This document shows positions 1 to 13,975 of a DNA stretch of 64,000 nt, piece by piece (the stretch's first letter is position 1; each line of letters opens with the position of its first letter). Made by a program: the position numbers and the translations under genes. Source of the stretch: Moniliella sp. 'wahieum'. Lineage: Eukaryota. The stretch covers positions 186,001-250,000 of the forward strand of contig RSEE01000060.1 in NCBI GenBank assembly GCA_003971905.1. The letters are read 5' to 3'. Under the pieces are notes generated by a model. It was not told the origin of the DNA, ran no database searches, and saw nothing but the letters and a program-made list of their open reading frames with translations.

Positions 1-554
1 ACCACCATCGGGCCGACTTGAGATAGGACATGCCTTCGCCCGGGGTGGTCTGGTACTTTTTCTGTGCGGCGAGCAGCCGAGTTTTTTGATAACAAACGAG
101 AAGCCAATGAGCACGCCACTTGAGATGGCCAGCACCAGGCCGACATACTGGAACCAGGAGGGGTTGGCGGCGCCATTCGAGTTGGCAGGCTGGCCCTGGG
201 CGACGTTGGTCGCGACGCGCTGGGCGGAGGACAAGGCGCTGCTGGCGGAGCGCATGGCTGACGAGGCGGAGAGCTGGGCGGCGCTGGCGGAGGACAGGGC
301 GCTGGCCGAGGAGGCCGAGAGCTCGGCGGCGCTGCTGGCGGCGCGGGCGACATGCTGCCGGGCATGGCTTGCCGCCGTGGCGAGGGGGTGCTAGGGGGCA
401 GAGGCAAGGGCAAGACGGCCATCGCACCCGCAGGTCCATGCAGCACCAGCGTGGGGGGGTGGGGGTGGGGGCGAGGGGGGCGAGGGGGCGAGGTGGGGGC
501 GAGGGCGTGGCGGAGGGGGGGGTGCTGGAGTGGGTGCTGGCTGGGCCATGCCAT
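1..554 (-). CDS. NIPA-family (DUF803) magnesium transporter, 5' part; runs off the window start
   Basis: Manual minus-strand translation gives an Ala/Ser-rich N-terminus, then WFQYVGLVLAISSGVLIGFSFVIKKLG(fs)LAAQKKYQTTPGEGMSYLKSARWW, the typical NIPA TM1 region. Start uncertain (ATG at 554 or 422); frameshifted. Confidence 0.8.
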   Translation of the reverse strand, partial: MAWPSQHPLQHPPLRHALAPTSPPRPPRPHPHPPTLVLHGPAGAMAVLPLPLPPSTPSPRRQAMPGSMSPAPPAAPPSSRPPRPAPCPPPAPPSSPPRQPCAPPAAPCPPPSASRPTSPRASLPTRMAPPTPPGSSMSAWCWPSQVACSLASRLLSKNSAARRTEKVPDHPGRRHVLSQVGPMV

Positions 555-1013
555 CGTGCTGGGCACGCGGCGAGCAGGAGGGCGTGGGTGTCTCGGGCGC
601 TGGGCGGGACACTGCGCTGGTGCGCTTGTTGCACCACCTTCCACATAGAGCGCTGGGCCAGCACTGCCCCCGTGCGGCAGCGGCCCACGCCGGCAGTTTT
701 GCGGTTGTGTTTTGCTGTGCTCTCGGGCGAGGCATCACGCGGACATCACATGTCACACATCACCCGCTGCTCACGCTTGCACCGATCGCCAGCACCGCCC
801 ATCGATATGTCGCTCCCGCCCTGTCCGTGGACGCACCAGGCGAAGGCACCGCCACTCCTCTCCCTTCGATGTCGGCAGCAGGCCAGACGGCACCCTTGCC
901 TACCACACCTTTCCTACCACCATCCTTACCACCATCGTTACCATCTTCCCTACCACCTTCCCCCTCCCACCGTCCTTGCGCCAGCCTCACACATGCATCC
1001 CATTCACTCCACA

Positions 1014-3657
1014 CTACAACAGCGCCTGCAGCTCGTGCCGGCCATAGTCGTTCCGCTCGTCCGACAGCTCCTGCATGTTGGGGTAAAACGGCACCAGTGC
1101 CGCCTGGGCGCCGAGGTAGTTGGTGTTGTAGGTGCGGACATAGATGCTGCGCACCTTGCGTGCCGGATGGAACAGGCCCTGGAGCGTGTAGTTGAGCAGC
1201 ACCCCGGGTCCCAGTGCCACCCGCATCGCCTCGACCGCTTCCATCACCGCCCCAATCACATGCGGCGACAGTTCAAAGATGTTGGGCCAGACGAGGTTGA
1301 GCAGATGCTGCATCGAGTCCTCTTGCCCTAGCCCAGCCACGCCCAAGGCCAAGTGCTTGACAATCGACGCTGCCGTCTGGCGGTGCACGTGGTCCCGGTC
1401 CGTCAACGCATCCTCCAACGCACCCAGCACCGAGTAGACATAGTCCTTGCCCATCTCCCCAATGTACTCAAACACGAACGACAGCGCCTTCAGCACCCCG
1501 GTCCGGACGTTCAGCTCCGGTTGACGGTACTCGTTGAGCAGGTACGGAATCGTGATAAACGGTCCTGTCGTCTCGGCTACAATCGCAATCGCCACCGTTG
1601 AGCACACGCGCGACTGACGTTCCTGAACCCGCAAGTTGGTAAGCAACACTTGTAGTACGTCTTGCGGGCCGATCGCCTTGGCAATGTACCCAAAACTGTT
1701 GACCGCCGCCCGACGAATGGCTTGTTTGTGGGCCTTGAGCAGATCCAGCAGCTCAAAGCAAATCCGCATCCATTCCCGCGCCGCCACGTACTCTGCACCC
1801 CGATCCGCAATCCGACCAATCAACTGGATCGAGGCCTCCTGCACCTTTTCGTGTCGATTGCGCAGAATCGGGGTCATACTTGGCAACAGATCCTTGATTG
1901 GCGGCTTCATCTCCGTCATGCCCAACACATTGGAGATAGCAGTAATGGCAGTGATGATCGACGCGAGCGCTTCGGGGAACTCTTCTCCAATCTCCTCAAA
2001 GAGCACCACGCCTAGACGACCCAGCACTTCGTCCTCATCACACAGCTTCATTACCACGGCCAATTTGGCCACCAAATCGGCGGCCTGCTGGCGCGTTTTG
2101 GGGTCCTTGTTGTTCAACCGCCATTGAATCATGGCTGAGATTTGAGGGAGGTAAGGCTTGATGCGGATTCCAAGCGAGTTGATCACTGTCGCAATACCAT
2201 CGAGCATCGTGCTGTCCTCAATCGTCTGTTCTTGGAAGGCAAACGTCAACCCATCCACCAGCTCCTCTTCAAGACGCTGGTCAATATCCGCTGCTCCCAA
2301 GTTGCCCACCACTTTATCGATCGCCTCAACCACCATCTTGCGGAACGGCTCGTTCTCATCTTTCAGGTCCGGCGCAATCCGTCCCACAATCTCCGATACA
2401 CCCACTTTATTGGCCAGCTCGACCGTGGTAGTAACCACCCGCGTTGCCGTCCGCCGGTCGATCGCCAACCGACGTACCCAAAACGCTTTGAAAAACTCAG
2501 GCATCAATTCGGCTTTGAGGAACTGGCCGGTGACGCCGTCGGTTGCTGCGCATTGCTGGACGACTTGGAGAACGATCCGACGCATCTCGTCGTCGGCCGA
2601 GTGAAACTCGCGCACAAGGACCGAAGAGATTTCCTTGACGAACGGCAACGCTGTATCGGAGTCCATGAGGGGGATGATGTATCCAAACGCACGAAGGAAA
2701 GCGGCCAAACTCTTTTTGCTGCTCTGCTCCACCCCTTCCAGCAAAGGCTTGAGCACCCCTTCAAACTTTCAATCCCATACGGCGCTGCGGCCTCGGCCAA
2801 CGCCGAGAGCGCCAAGGCGGTCATCGTCTTGACCTTGTTCTGCTCGTCCCGCAGCCCCGGTTCAATACAGTCCACCAAGTTTTTGAGGTGAGGCAGAATG
2901 GCACACCCGGAAAGGATGGCGATCTGCTGGACAATGCGTGTCCCAGTGTGGCGTGCTTCCCAGCTCCGTTTCGACGACACACACAGCCCTCAAAAAGGGG
3001 AGCAGGGCCGGGATGCCCAAGGCAGAAGCCACGACACTAAACGCGCGAGCGGTCGTGTTGCGTACATACTCGTCTGCTGAATCAATATCGGGTCGCATCT
3101 CCTTAATCATTGCGCCAACCCTGCGGCCTTGGAGAGATTGCTGATGATTTCCTTGCCTTCAATCCGCGCATACCGGTCCTCCTCAATCAACAGCGGTTCG
3201 ATCACAACCAAGATCTCGTGCACGTGGGGACGGACGAGATCATCCAGCTTGTTCAGCACACGATCCACCACCTTGACAAGCAAGTGCCGTTCTTGGTCCT
3301 CCAACGAACGTTCCATGAGCAAAGGAAGGATGCGGTCAAACAACGCCTTGGCCCCAAACTCACGGGACCGGTCAGTGAGCTGGCGCAGGGCAACCTTACG
3401 CATGGCAGGCGTACCGTTCTTGATCTTGAGCACAGACGCATGATTTCCGTTCCTTGAGTTCCTCCATCGATAGACCTTCCTCCTCCCCTGTAGCCTTGAG
3501 GATCTTGCCAAAATGGTGTGCATCCTCGCCCCTGAGCGAAACCTGGCCACCCCATACACGTCCGTCGGCAACTCCGGCGCCAAGTCCAACACCGCCCGCC
3601 GCGCCGCCGTATCGTCCGACATCATGAACCCCCCCGTAGACGTGCTAGCAACGGGAG

Positions 3658-3688
<31 letters not shown>

Positions 3689-4634
3689 GCGTGCTCGTGC
3701 GCTCAGTCGGTTCTCCTCATACCCAGGAGGGGGCGTGACGATTTCGTACCCCTCGGAAGGCAGCAAAGCGTCCAACTCCTCATCCGTCATGCCACCCACA
3801 GCCACGACGGGCGGCGCGGACTCGGAGACGGGGGCAGCGTCCCACCTCGACTTCTTTTCAGGAGCAGAGGGGGCCTGTGGTTCCTTGGCTACGTCGGCAG
3901 GCGTGTCGTCCCACCTAGACCGACGCTTCTTGCGAGGGGCCTCCTCCTCCGTCTTGGCTGCAGGTGCAGCGGTGGGTTCGTTCCCGGCCAGGTCCCAGCG
4001 ACGCTTGCGTTGTCCCGGTTCGGGAGGGGTAACTTCCTTTGTAGCAGCGGGCACCGATACGGCGGGGGGCGTGTCCTCCCGCTTCCCATCCCACGGTGGG
4101 GTCACGTCGCGGTCATTCCGGGCGGCGTCGCAGGGCCGGGAAGGGCGGTACCATTGCCCATCGCTTCTCGTTCGGCCTTGTCAGCAGCTTCGCGTTCCCG
4201 GTCGCGCAGGATCTGCTTGACGCGTGCCTCCTCGCGCTCCACATCGGCCGTGCGCATGGCCGTGGCATAGTCCATGTTGCCCGGGCCTAAGGTGCGGTCG
4301 AAACGGCGGCGATGGTAGTCGGATTCGCGGTTGGCAATCACGTTTTGAGATACGTGGCCAGCAAGTGGGTCCTCATCGTCGTTGGCAAACTCGTGGATGA
4401 GGTGGGCAGGGGCACTGAACTTGTCCACAGGGTTGCTGCCGGCGTGGGGCGCGGCGGCTGTCGTCCTCGTCGTCGACCTGGTCGGCATCGTCAGGGAGCT
4501 CAGTGACGTAGTCGGACGACGGGAGCCGCCATAGATGTCCTGGTCAAACGCAGCGCCCTTGCCGAATGCGAGCTTGGTGCGGGCGCCATTGGGGGGGCGA
4601 GGGAGCGCGCCGAGTCCGAGTCGCCGCCAGGCAT
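1014..4634 (-). CDS. SF3B1: U2 snRNP splicing factor SF3B1/Hsh155/Prp10
   Basis: RWD repeats ([13 protein letters not shown]), [40 protein letters not shown] and HEAT repeats ending [10 protein letters not shown]. Spread over ORFs 4102-4749, 3107-4105, 2862-3110, 2504-2980 and 1014-2756 by frameshifts. Start approximate. Confidence 0.97.
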
Positions 4635-6989
4635 GGGTGCGATGGTGGGTGTCGAACAAAGCAGCGGCCAGGCCTGCGACCTTTTGGACCAGCGCCTGGG
4701 GGGAGGGGCTGAGGTAAGCAGCCGGGTGGCAACGAAAGCAGACATTCAATTTCAGTTGTCATTCGGGTGAAATTGGGCAGTGGCGGACGGCCATTCGGCC
4801 ATCTGCTGTGGCCTGCATGTGCGCAGAAGAATGGTGGTGGATGAGTGGATGGCTGTGCATTGGGCGCTGAGGAGGGGCGGTTAGAGGGCGGTGCATCGAC
4901 ATTAACAAGGGAAGAAAAAAAGGAGGTTTGCGGTCTTGCAAGACTGGCGCGCGCTTTCAGGCAAGCTGCCCCCAAGCATAGCACTGTCGTCCACAGAAGA
5001 CGTGCGATTGAGGCCGGCCTGGCAGAGTGCGCAGCAGAACTGCCTCCTCCATCTGTCCCTGCCCTCACAGGCAGGACCACCGCACCAGACCACTTACGTG
5101 GAGGAACTAAGCACGCTGTGCAGACGCGCCGTTCCCCACCACCTCAGTCCTTCCCTGGCAGCCCAACTAAGACGGGCGCACAACAGAAGACCGCATTCCT
5201 AAGGTACAGCCATCACAGCTGGATGATGGACTCATTGAACACCGACGCCTTTGCACATGCGTCGCCACGTGAAAATAATATTATGAGTACTACCTTACCA
5301 ATTAACGCCATCCCCAGGCGGCTGTACTATGGGCAAAGGAGAGGCCGATTCAACAGTAGGAATCCTTGTCCTAGGAGAACTATAATCAGGGGAGGGTTGA
5401 TTGTCCCAATCCACCCGAGGGCCTTGGCCGCTCATTCAGCCGAACAGCCAGTACAGCAGCGCAGCGGCGCCACCACTGTGCTTTTTCCATGGTGGCCGCT
5501 CTGGCCGCATGACGTTCCTCGCGTTCGCCATGGGGGTCCTGTATTGATCGTTCCGACGCATCATGCCCCCTTAATACCCTCGTGAGCTGCGCTGCTATGG
5601 GAACGGGTCAGGTGTTTTGCATGGAGAAAAAGGCGCGCACTGCGCCTTCCTACTGATCCCCCCGCGTCATCGTCTATCGGGAGGTCTATCCTGTCCAAGA
5701 GGCGCAAGACAATATGATGATACGCTTGCTCCATCTAGCTAGAAACCATTTCAGAGGAGCGGACGCGGATGGCCACAACTGACCTCCCAGTTCACGTCGT
5801 GCCCTTCGCCCGCTCGGCAACGCATCGATGGTCGCCTCCTCTGAACGAGAAGCGCACCAGGCATTGTTGTCGTGGTCATGGAAGGCACGGTATGACTGGT
5901 GGCCGTGCGGTAGTCGCTGGCAGCAGGCGGACCAAGGTCGGGCGCGATGGGTCGATGGGGGCAGGTGGTAGAGAGAACTTGGGCGTGCGGAACTGCCAGC
6001 CGCCTCACATGAGCACGAGGCCCCCTGGACCAGGCCCGCAGATCTGCATCGGTGATCTGGATGATCGCACCGCCAGGGTCGACCTGACGTAAGCAGGGCC
6101 TGGCGCCCTGGTGGAGCGGGCGGACAACCGGGCTGCTGCTGCTGCGACCGACAACGTCGAAGCCCCTGCTCAGGCCGCAGCCTCACCGCTGTGCTCGGTC
6201 GGTTTGGCTTGCGCCGCCGCGAGCAGACGCAGCGGATGGGATGGGAGTGTGCCCAGCGACTGCACATCCTCCCCGCGCAGCAGGGGCAGAGCACTTGCCA
6301 GCCGCCCATTCTGAGCTGGCCCGGGCGGCGCGGGGAGTACGTTGGGCCCGCACTGGGTGTGCGGCCGCTAGCGCTACCAAGTGTGGGCTGGCGCACGTCC
6401 CCACGCCTTCTCCACCTGGGCCTCGCCTTGTTCCGGCGGCCACATGCCCCCATTTACTTTCGTTTTCTTCCTGCTTTGCTTCCCCCCCCTTTTCTCCTTT
6501 GTCTTTCTTTTCTTTTCTTTTCTTCCCAGCTCACCCGCCACCCATCGCCCACGTCAACGCGTTGTCACACCCTTCTTGCCCTTGTTTTCCCCACCGGTAG
6601 TAGTCTTCCCAGCCCCACCGTGCATCGCCACGCTCGACCAGCCGTGCTCAGCTCCCGCCTCCCTCGGCCACGTTTCCCCACCGGTAGCCGTAGCCCCACA
6701 GCCCCACCGGCAGTCCACCAGGGTCCACCGGGGCAGTGAGGGGGGATACAACGCTAAACCAGCTTACTTGCTCTCGGTGCGTGCCCCCGCGTCGGCAATG
6801 TGAGGTAGTGTACGTGAGGTAGGCTATGCATGTCGTGAGATAAAGCTTGGAGCCGGTCCGTGCGGGCAGGCCCTGGTCCGGTGGGCAAGGGCAATGTAGT
6901 ATGTACTTAAAACGCCAGCGGGACGCCTCCAGGGGAGGAGGAGGGGGCGAAGAGACCAAGTTGCTTCGTCCGTTTCGTTCGGAAGCACG

Positions 6990-8214
6990 GTGAAGCGCTC
7001 TTGCACCATGTCGGCCACGGTACTTTCGTTGGGCCCCGCTGCCAACTTTCTGGCGCCGCTACAGGCGTACCTCATGACCTCAACTCTCTCCAGTCGGGGG
7101 GGTGGGGGAAGGACTCAAAGCCCAAGCTGCCTGGGGCACGGTGAAGATGGGGGCGAAGGTGGTGGCGAGGTGGGTGAGTGGAGTGAGTCGCGGGGGGATG
7201 GCCTCGATGCTGGGCATGGGGTGGGCCGAGCCGGAACCAGAACAAGGCACAGGAACAGGACCTGAACTGGGACCAAGGCCGGGGAGGGTACCGTCTCGGT
7301 GCCCGATGTGCAGCTCCCTTCGCCGTTGGACAAGGCTTGCTCGTCGCGCCACCCGCTGTTGCGCCACCTCGGCACATACTTGAGCATCCGACCGTGCAGG
7401 CCGGCACCAAGGCGCTTACCCTCCGCGGCAAGCACGGACGCCAAATGGTGGTGCGAGGTTTGTACGGCGTGGTGGGGGACGGTGGGAGCGAGTCAAGTGG
7501 ACGTGTTACTGGCTCGGTTGGATGCCGCCTCGCCGGCACTTCCCGCGTGGTAGCCTCGGCCGAGCGGATCGTGTGCATTGGTGGTCAATGTGCTGAGCAA
7601 TTTGGTCCAGTTGGGCGTGATGGCCTACAGCAACGCTCCGCCCCGAGCCAAGTGGGGTGCGGTGGTCACTTTGTTGGCGATGCGAGTGGTGCGCTTGGCA
7701 GCGGTGTGGACCCCAGTGGTGGTCCTGGTGGGGCACAAGGACCGAAGGAGTTACGGGGTATGTCTACTATTGTCTCCCTCTCCATCCGACCAGTGACACT
7801 TGCCCCATTCTTGTTGTGGTGGGAGAAAGATGAAAAGCCACTGACACTCACGCCGCCTGCTGACTTCTCCCTAACTGCATCTGCGTTTTTTCGCCACCGC
7901 TGTTGTCCACCACCGCACAGCACTTTTCCTAGGTGCCGTTCGGTTCGGCATGGGAGTGTACATCAATGTACTTACGAAGCAAGCGTATGTCCTATGTCAC
8001 TAGTCACTGCTCCCCCCCGGTCTCTCCATGCTGTGATATTAAGAGACTAAAATCCCGGCGTCGAACCACCAACAGGTACGATCGTCAGCGCCGCCGTGAG
8101 CTGGAGGACGAGATGAAGCGGCTTACTGAACCCAAGGCGTTGCCTGGCCCCTCGATTAGCACTGTTGGCGTCAGTGACGGTTCATTGCAGGACTTCCGGT
8201 TCGTGGGTTGGTAA
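6990..8214 (+). CDS. Hypothetical spliced protein with C-terminal hydrophobic segments
   Basis: Two GTATGT donors (about 7758 and 7985) with downstream CAG acceptors (about 7920 and 8075) join VVNVLSNLVQLGVMAY..WGAVVTLLAMRVV..RSYG / ALFLGAVRFGMGVYINVLTKQA / YDRQRRRELEDEMKRL..DFRFVGW*. Needs one restored G. 5' end unclear. Confidence 0.4.
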
Positions 8215-8640
8215 GGACTGAGGGCCTTTAACCCCATATGGCATGGCAGCTCCGCCGTCAGCACATCCTCTGTCATTGACTCATCGCGCTCTCATTTTTG
8301 GTGGGATCATTCTCTCCCTCTTCGAACCTGTTTCATCCCTCGTCGATCCAAGGAGAAAAAGATGTTAAGAATCAAAACCAGGATCCCCTGTTCCAGCCTT
8401 CTGGACGCGAGCATCGCTTCGGCTACTCAAAAATAGCCCTTGGGGATTTCTATGACAGCCTGCAGCTCGATGCGAAAACAGATTGTTGGTGGTTTCTCAT
8501 GAAAACAGGGTCTGATGCTCCGTCACGCGCACGACGGCCCGCCGGATTGCACATCCATAGGAAATAGCAGATAGATACTCGCTCCCCTTCCCTCCTCTCT
8601 CCTCCCCACCGCTGTCATCTCGTCCCGCAGCACGGGGGAC

Positions 8641-11600
8641 TTAGAAAATGTTGACTGCAAAAGGCTGTTGGCTGGACGAGGTGGGCAGCGCACCGCGTTG
8701 GGCCAAGGCCAGAATCTCGTCTCCGACGGCCAGGCGGATGTTTTCCGGGTAGCAGGTGAAGTGAACTGCCATGTACCTCCTCGTCCTCTTTGCCCCACTC
8801 GGTCCGCGCCGACGCAAGCGCATCCGAATCGCCCAAACACCGAACTGCCCAAGCCAACGGCGGTTCACCTACCCCCTTGGACGTCTGGATGGTCCGGAGG
8901 ACATGTTGCTTCCGCCAAGCGGTTTTGGAGGAAGGATATGTTTGGAGCTGTCGCGGCGTGTCCAAGAACGCAGGGATCTTCAGGTTGCCCGTTCCAAAGT
9001 TATGGGTTGCCGGTCGTGGGTGACCACAGCGATTCTTCCATGGTGCTCAGCCATAGCCTTGGGTAAACGCCCCTTCCACTTGGCCTACATCAATGCCTGG
9101 GTTGATAGAGCGGCCAATTCCATATGGATGTCGGCGCGACGGATGACATGGTCCCTGTTAGCAGATCCACCTCCACCTCGCTAGCGCCGCACTTGCGTGT
9201 AGTAAAGAACGGTTTCCCCTTTTGCTCCGACGTGGCGTGCCCCAACATAGCCAATTTCCGGCGTGGCATAGTGCCCCACTGCACTCAGCTGCACCCGTCC
9301 AGCCATGCGAGATGACAGACTTGGACAAACGGAACCACCTCTCCCTTGGAAGAGGTGCGGTAGGGCGCCAAGCGCGCCCGCAGTTGGTCACACGCATTCT
9401 TGATCGCCATCCCATTCAAGTCACTTGCCGCACTGGCCGCGGTCGGCGACGCATTGGCCACCACACTCGTGTGGTCTCCACAATATGCACCATCTCACTG
9501 GCACAACCCAGCTCCGAGCACACACTTGCGCCATCTTGGTGTTGAGTCCTTGGCCCATCTCCGTACCGCCGTGCGATAAGAGTACCGACCCATCGTGCGA
9601 GTGCACATGCACCAGCGCATACGCTGGTTGAGCGTCTTGAACGTAAAGCTAATGCAAACTTGGTGCCCAACATCGCCAGACCCCGTTTGGTCCATCGATG
9701 CGACGCATTGAACTGGTCCACCTCTTGGCGTCGACGGTCGTACTCGCCGCGCTCCTTGAGCTGCGTTAGCAGCGTAGCACGTTCCAATCCTCATGCGCTT
9801 GCTTGTAGTGCGTAAGCTCGCCCTCCTTGTACAAATTCTTCTCAATCAACGTTTCGGCCCGCGTGCCCAAAAGGCCGCCACCTTGGTCAAAATATCGTTG
9901 TTTGATAAATAAGCCTTGCGGCCCACCAAACCCACGGAAGGCCGTGTTGGATACCGTGTTGGTCTTGCAGATCCACCCGCGGGTACGCAGGTGCGGAATG
10001 CGCACACACGAATCAATGTGGAACATGGCGCTCCCACAAGCTTGCGACAGGTCTTGGGACCAACCCCCATTGTTGTACACCTCGGCATCGAGACGGACCA
10101 GCGTACCGTCCCGCTTGAACCCGACCCGCCACGTCGCTTTGAAAGGGTGCCGTTGGCCCGAGAAGAACATATCTTCGTCCCGGTCCAACATGCAGCGCAC
10201 CGCCCGCCCCACCTTGCGTGCCCCAAGGGCCAATACCGCTGCAAACGCTGTTGGACGCGACTCTTTCCCTCCAAATCCACCACCCATACGCTTGGTGTGA
10301 ACTGCAATCCGGTTGTTGGGCACGCCCAGAATGGAGGCGACAAAGGCTTGCGTCTCATTGGGGTTTTGCGTCGACTGGTACACGTTCATCTCATTGTCCT
10401 CCTTGCCAGGAACGATGAGGCACGCGTTCGTCTCCTACTCGTCGGAACTACGAGTTAGCACAGTCACGTAGCACACGGGGTGAGGATGGGTGACGGGGGA
10501 TGGGGGGGGAGCAGGGAACCAGGGACGTACCAGATAAAAGTGTTCTTGGCCTCCCATTCGCGTCTCTCCCTCCAACACATGATCACAGTCCGACCAGTCT
10601 TTGGTGTCTTCAGGCACCGAGCCCGAAATGATTTGGGGGCGAGGCGGGAAGAAGGATTGGGCACGGATGGCATCGTCAATGGTGAGAAGATGAGGCAAAT
10701 CTTGGTAGTCAATCTTGACGGTCCGTGCTGCCCGCTGGGCAATCGCTTTGGTCTCAGCAATGACCACTGCAATGACTTGACCAAACGAGTGCACTTCCCC
10801 CTGCGCAAAAAACGGCTCGTCCATCGCGGGTGGGGACCACAACATGGCCACCAAGGGGGGGAATGTCTTCATCGGTCAAGACGGCTAGAACACCAGGGAT
10901 CGCCAACGCGGGCTTCTTGTCAATGCTCAATCTTGGCATGCGCTTTGGTGCTCATCACCAGCGCACCGTAGGCCTCGTTCTCCACCTTGGGCATATCGTC
11001 CACATACACCGCCTCCCCTGTCACTTGCTTCATGGCGCCAATGGGGGTACGGCTTCCCGAAGCAGCGCCCTTCGTTGCCAGCTCAACGCCTTCCAACGAC
11101 TGACTTCCTTGCGTCACACCGGCTCGCGATGGCTCCGACGTGGGCAACTCATGCAGTGCCAACGGGTCCCGCACCGCACCGCCATCCTTCAAGGCAGAGG
11201 GGGACAAGCCAAGCTTTTCGCTCACATCGGACCAGAAACGAGCGAAAAAGCCCAAGCTAGCGCTTTGCGGTACACCGCCATCCCCCCGGGCACACCAAAG
11301 GAAAGTGGGAAGTCCTGGTCTGCCAATAGGGTAAGTGCATGACGAAACACATCGGAATGCCCCCACGACTTGGCGACCAAGTAGTCCCCGGTCTTATGAG
11401 CGGGGACGGTGGTGGGGGCCATACCACCGTAGGACAAGCATACATCCTGCACTGTGTGCGCCTTGGTGTCACCGTCACGCTCAGGCAGGCAGTCACAATG
11501 GCAATATCGTCATCTTTCCTCTTGGCTTGCTTGTAGGCACGAATGAACTTGGTCGAGCCCGTGGGCGTAGCGAGGGGAACAGAAAGGTGCGTGATGATGC

Positions 11601-13357
11601 CCCCGGGAGGCAAGCGGGTACGGCGGTATCCCAGGAAAAAGTCCCGCATCGCACAACTCCCCTCGTGCGTTCCCTCGGGCATCGAGGGATCGATCCAATG
11701 CACTTGAGCATCGGCCGCCATCCAAACTGGGTTCAAGTCCGAGATGGGAGATGCCGTCGCTACATTCCCCCGAGCGTGGCGACATTGCGGATTTGCGTTG
11801 ATGCAAAGTGCGCCAAGTTGGCCAGGATGGCTTGTCGCAGCTGGAACGGGTATGAGGTGGACACATTCGACCCACTTGCTGATTGGCCTGCTTGAGCAAC
11901 CGAATCAGCGATTGAAGCGGAAGACTCGCCCCGATTCGCATCCATCCCTTGCCGTCATCCACTACAAAGGTCGACAGTTCCTTTAGATGCTCCGAGACGA
12001 ACAGATTGATCCGCCAGTGCATGTGACGGAACTTGACCTCAATCCCCGTTCACTGTTGCCAGCACGCAGCTTGGCAAACCCAGCCGCCTTGGCAGTCCCT
12101 TCGGATGCCGCTAGTTTGGCATAGAACCGGGTTGCCTCCACCAACGATTCCAGAGACCCAGGCCGAAGCCAAAGTGTATGCGTCTCTTGTTCGTCGAGGA
12201 CGGTGGGATCCGATGCACCCTCCTCCTCATCCTCCTCCAGATCGTCGTCCCCATCTGAAGATGCAGAGTGGTAAAAGCTAGGCGGTGTAGGAAGAGAGGT
12301 GAACGCCAAGTTATCCGAATCCCAGTTACTGCCCCGTTTCAGCAGAAAGGGGGGGAAAACAATTTCCGACGCATAGTCGTACGGCTTAAATTCCTTCTGT
12401 GCCTCGGCTGACCAAGGATTGATGGGTTGCATCGCAGCCATCACGGCATCTGGGTTTTCCTTGTTGGCACCGTTGGATTCACAAGACCCGTTCGCGGTCT
12501 TTGCTCCCTTGACACGGCAGCATTCGTCTCCTTTGGGGCAGGCAGTGGAGCGGAGAGCAGCTTCCCGTAACAGGGCAGCGTCCTTGTCCTCCTCAGCACT
12601 TGCACGCGTAACCCCGTGACGGGGCAGTGGCAAACGTCTTGGCAGCATCAAGAATGGGGCGGTAGCCGGTGCAGCGGCACAAGTTGCCGTCGAGCGAGTG
12701 CTCAATCTCCTCCTCGCTTAACTGGCGGCCTTGAGCATGGGCAGTGCGGATGGTGGCGTAGACGACATGACAATTCCTGGCGTACACTAGTCCCGGAACA
12801 AGGTTAGCCCATCGCGTACGTGGGGGGGTAGACAAGCGAGCAGTAGCAGAAGACGAAAAGAGGGACGTACAAAGCCACATTGACTGCCAAATAGTTTGCC
12901 GATGCGTTCTTGGATCGGATGCGGTTGGTCGCTGGATCCAATGCCTTCGACAGTCAGGATGTGGGCGCCGTGGCAGGCGAGCAAAGGTAAAAGGCAGGCA
13001 TTGACTGCCCTGTATTCGTATGTGGGGGTAGTTGGTGGTGGAGACACGGTGGGGGACGCAGGACGGACCTTGCCGAGAACAACGGTGCAGGCGCCACAGC
13101 CACCTTCGGCGCATCCCAGCTTGGTTCCCGTCAGGCGCGGCATGGCGCCCCCGGCGCCGGAGCGGAGAAAGTCAAGCAGGGTCTGGTCGGGATCGAAGGC
13201 GCCGGGGGGCAGGGTGAGGCGGGTGCGGTTGACAACCAAGCGGAGGGCGCCTCGGGCGGCGCTGGAGGCAGAGGCAGCGGGGCGGAAGGAAGGCGGGAGC
13301 GGGAGCAGGAGCGCGGGCGGGGCGGCGGCGGCGGGGGGGGGCGAGAGCAGTGGGCAT
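8641..13357 (-). CDS. XDH: Xanthine dehydrogenase (2Fe-2S, FAD and molybdopterin domains)
   Basis: [117 protein letters not shown]. Introns 12787-12870 and 10435-10530. Many frameshifts; start is 13357 or 13467. Confidence 0.96.
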
Positions 13358-13725
13358 GGCGCTGGAGGCGGTCGAGCCGCGGAGAGGGCAGAGGGAGGCG
13401 GTGGGGGCAGCGCGCGTCGATGGGGCGGGAAGGATTTATGCGTTGTGGCAACCAGCAGCAAGCGCATGTTGATAGCAGGCGTGGGGCCCGTGGCCAGAGC
13501 CGTGACTGCCGGGCACCGGCCCCGTGCCTGTCGGATGGGCTCCCGCCGCTGCCGAGCGCCCCAATCGGGCGGCTTCGCAGGCGCCTCGCCAGTGTCGGTG
13601 GTTTACCCCGCCTCCGAGCCAGCCACGGGGAATTGGCAACCACGCCATTGATAATCAAAGCAGCCCTGCCTCGGTGTTGCATCCGCCGCTTCCGAATGAG
13701 TAATGTCCACCCACAGTCGAGTCAT

Positions 13726-13772
13726 CATCCCATCCCATCCCATCCCCATCCCCATCCCATCCCCATCCCCAT
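13726..13772. repeat. (CCCAT/CCCCAT)n microsatellite
   Basis: Read directly; lies between XDH and the gag-like gene. Confidence 0.85.
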
Positions 13773-13975
13773 TCAGTGCCTGGTGCGCGGGACGCCCTTC
13801 AAGCTTCAAGCTTCATGCCTGGAATATATTGATTGGCCTGTGCCTGGTTTCTCCAGACAGCAAGACCGACCCACACCAGCGACTCGCCACAGCGCTTTCG
13901 ATCCTAGTTCGGCCGCGCTACGTCGGCCCCCTCGGCTCCATGGACAATACATTACATTCGCGAGGACACGTGGGA

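Noticed and set aside
120..1331. Long + ORFs here and antisense to SF3B1, XDH, RPN1 and SUP35
   Set aside because: Shadow ORFs expected in high-GC DNA; Arg/Pro/Ala-rich with no motifs.
4845..6453. ORFs and a weak hairpin (5464-5499) upstream of SF3B1
   Set aside because: No family features, the hairpin is imperfect, and no terminal repeats indicate a MITE.
6648..7217. Minus-strand small gene starting MPSIEAIPPRL
   Set aside because: Needs several frameshifts, matches no family I know, and overlaps a plus-strand model that has splice-site support.
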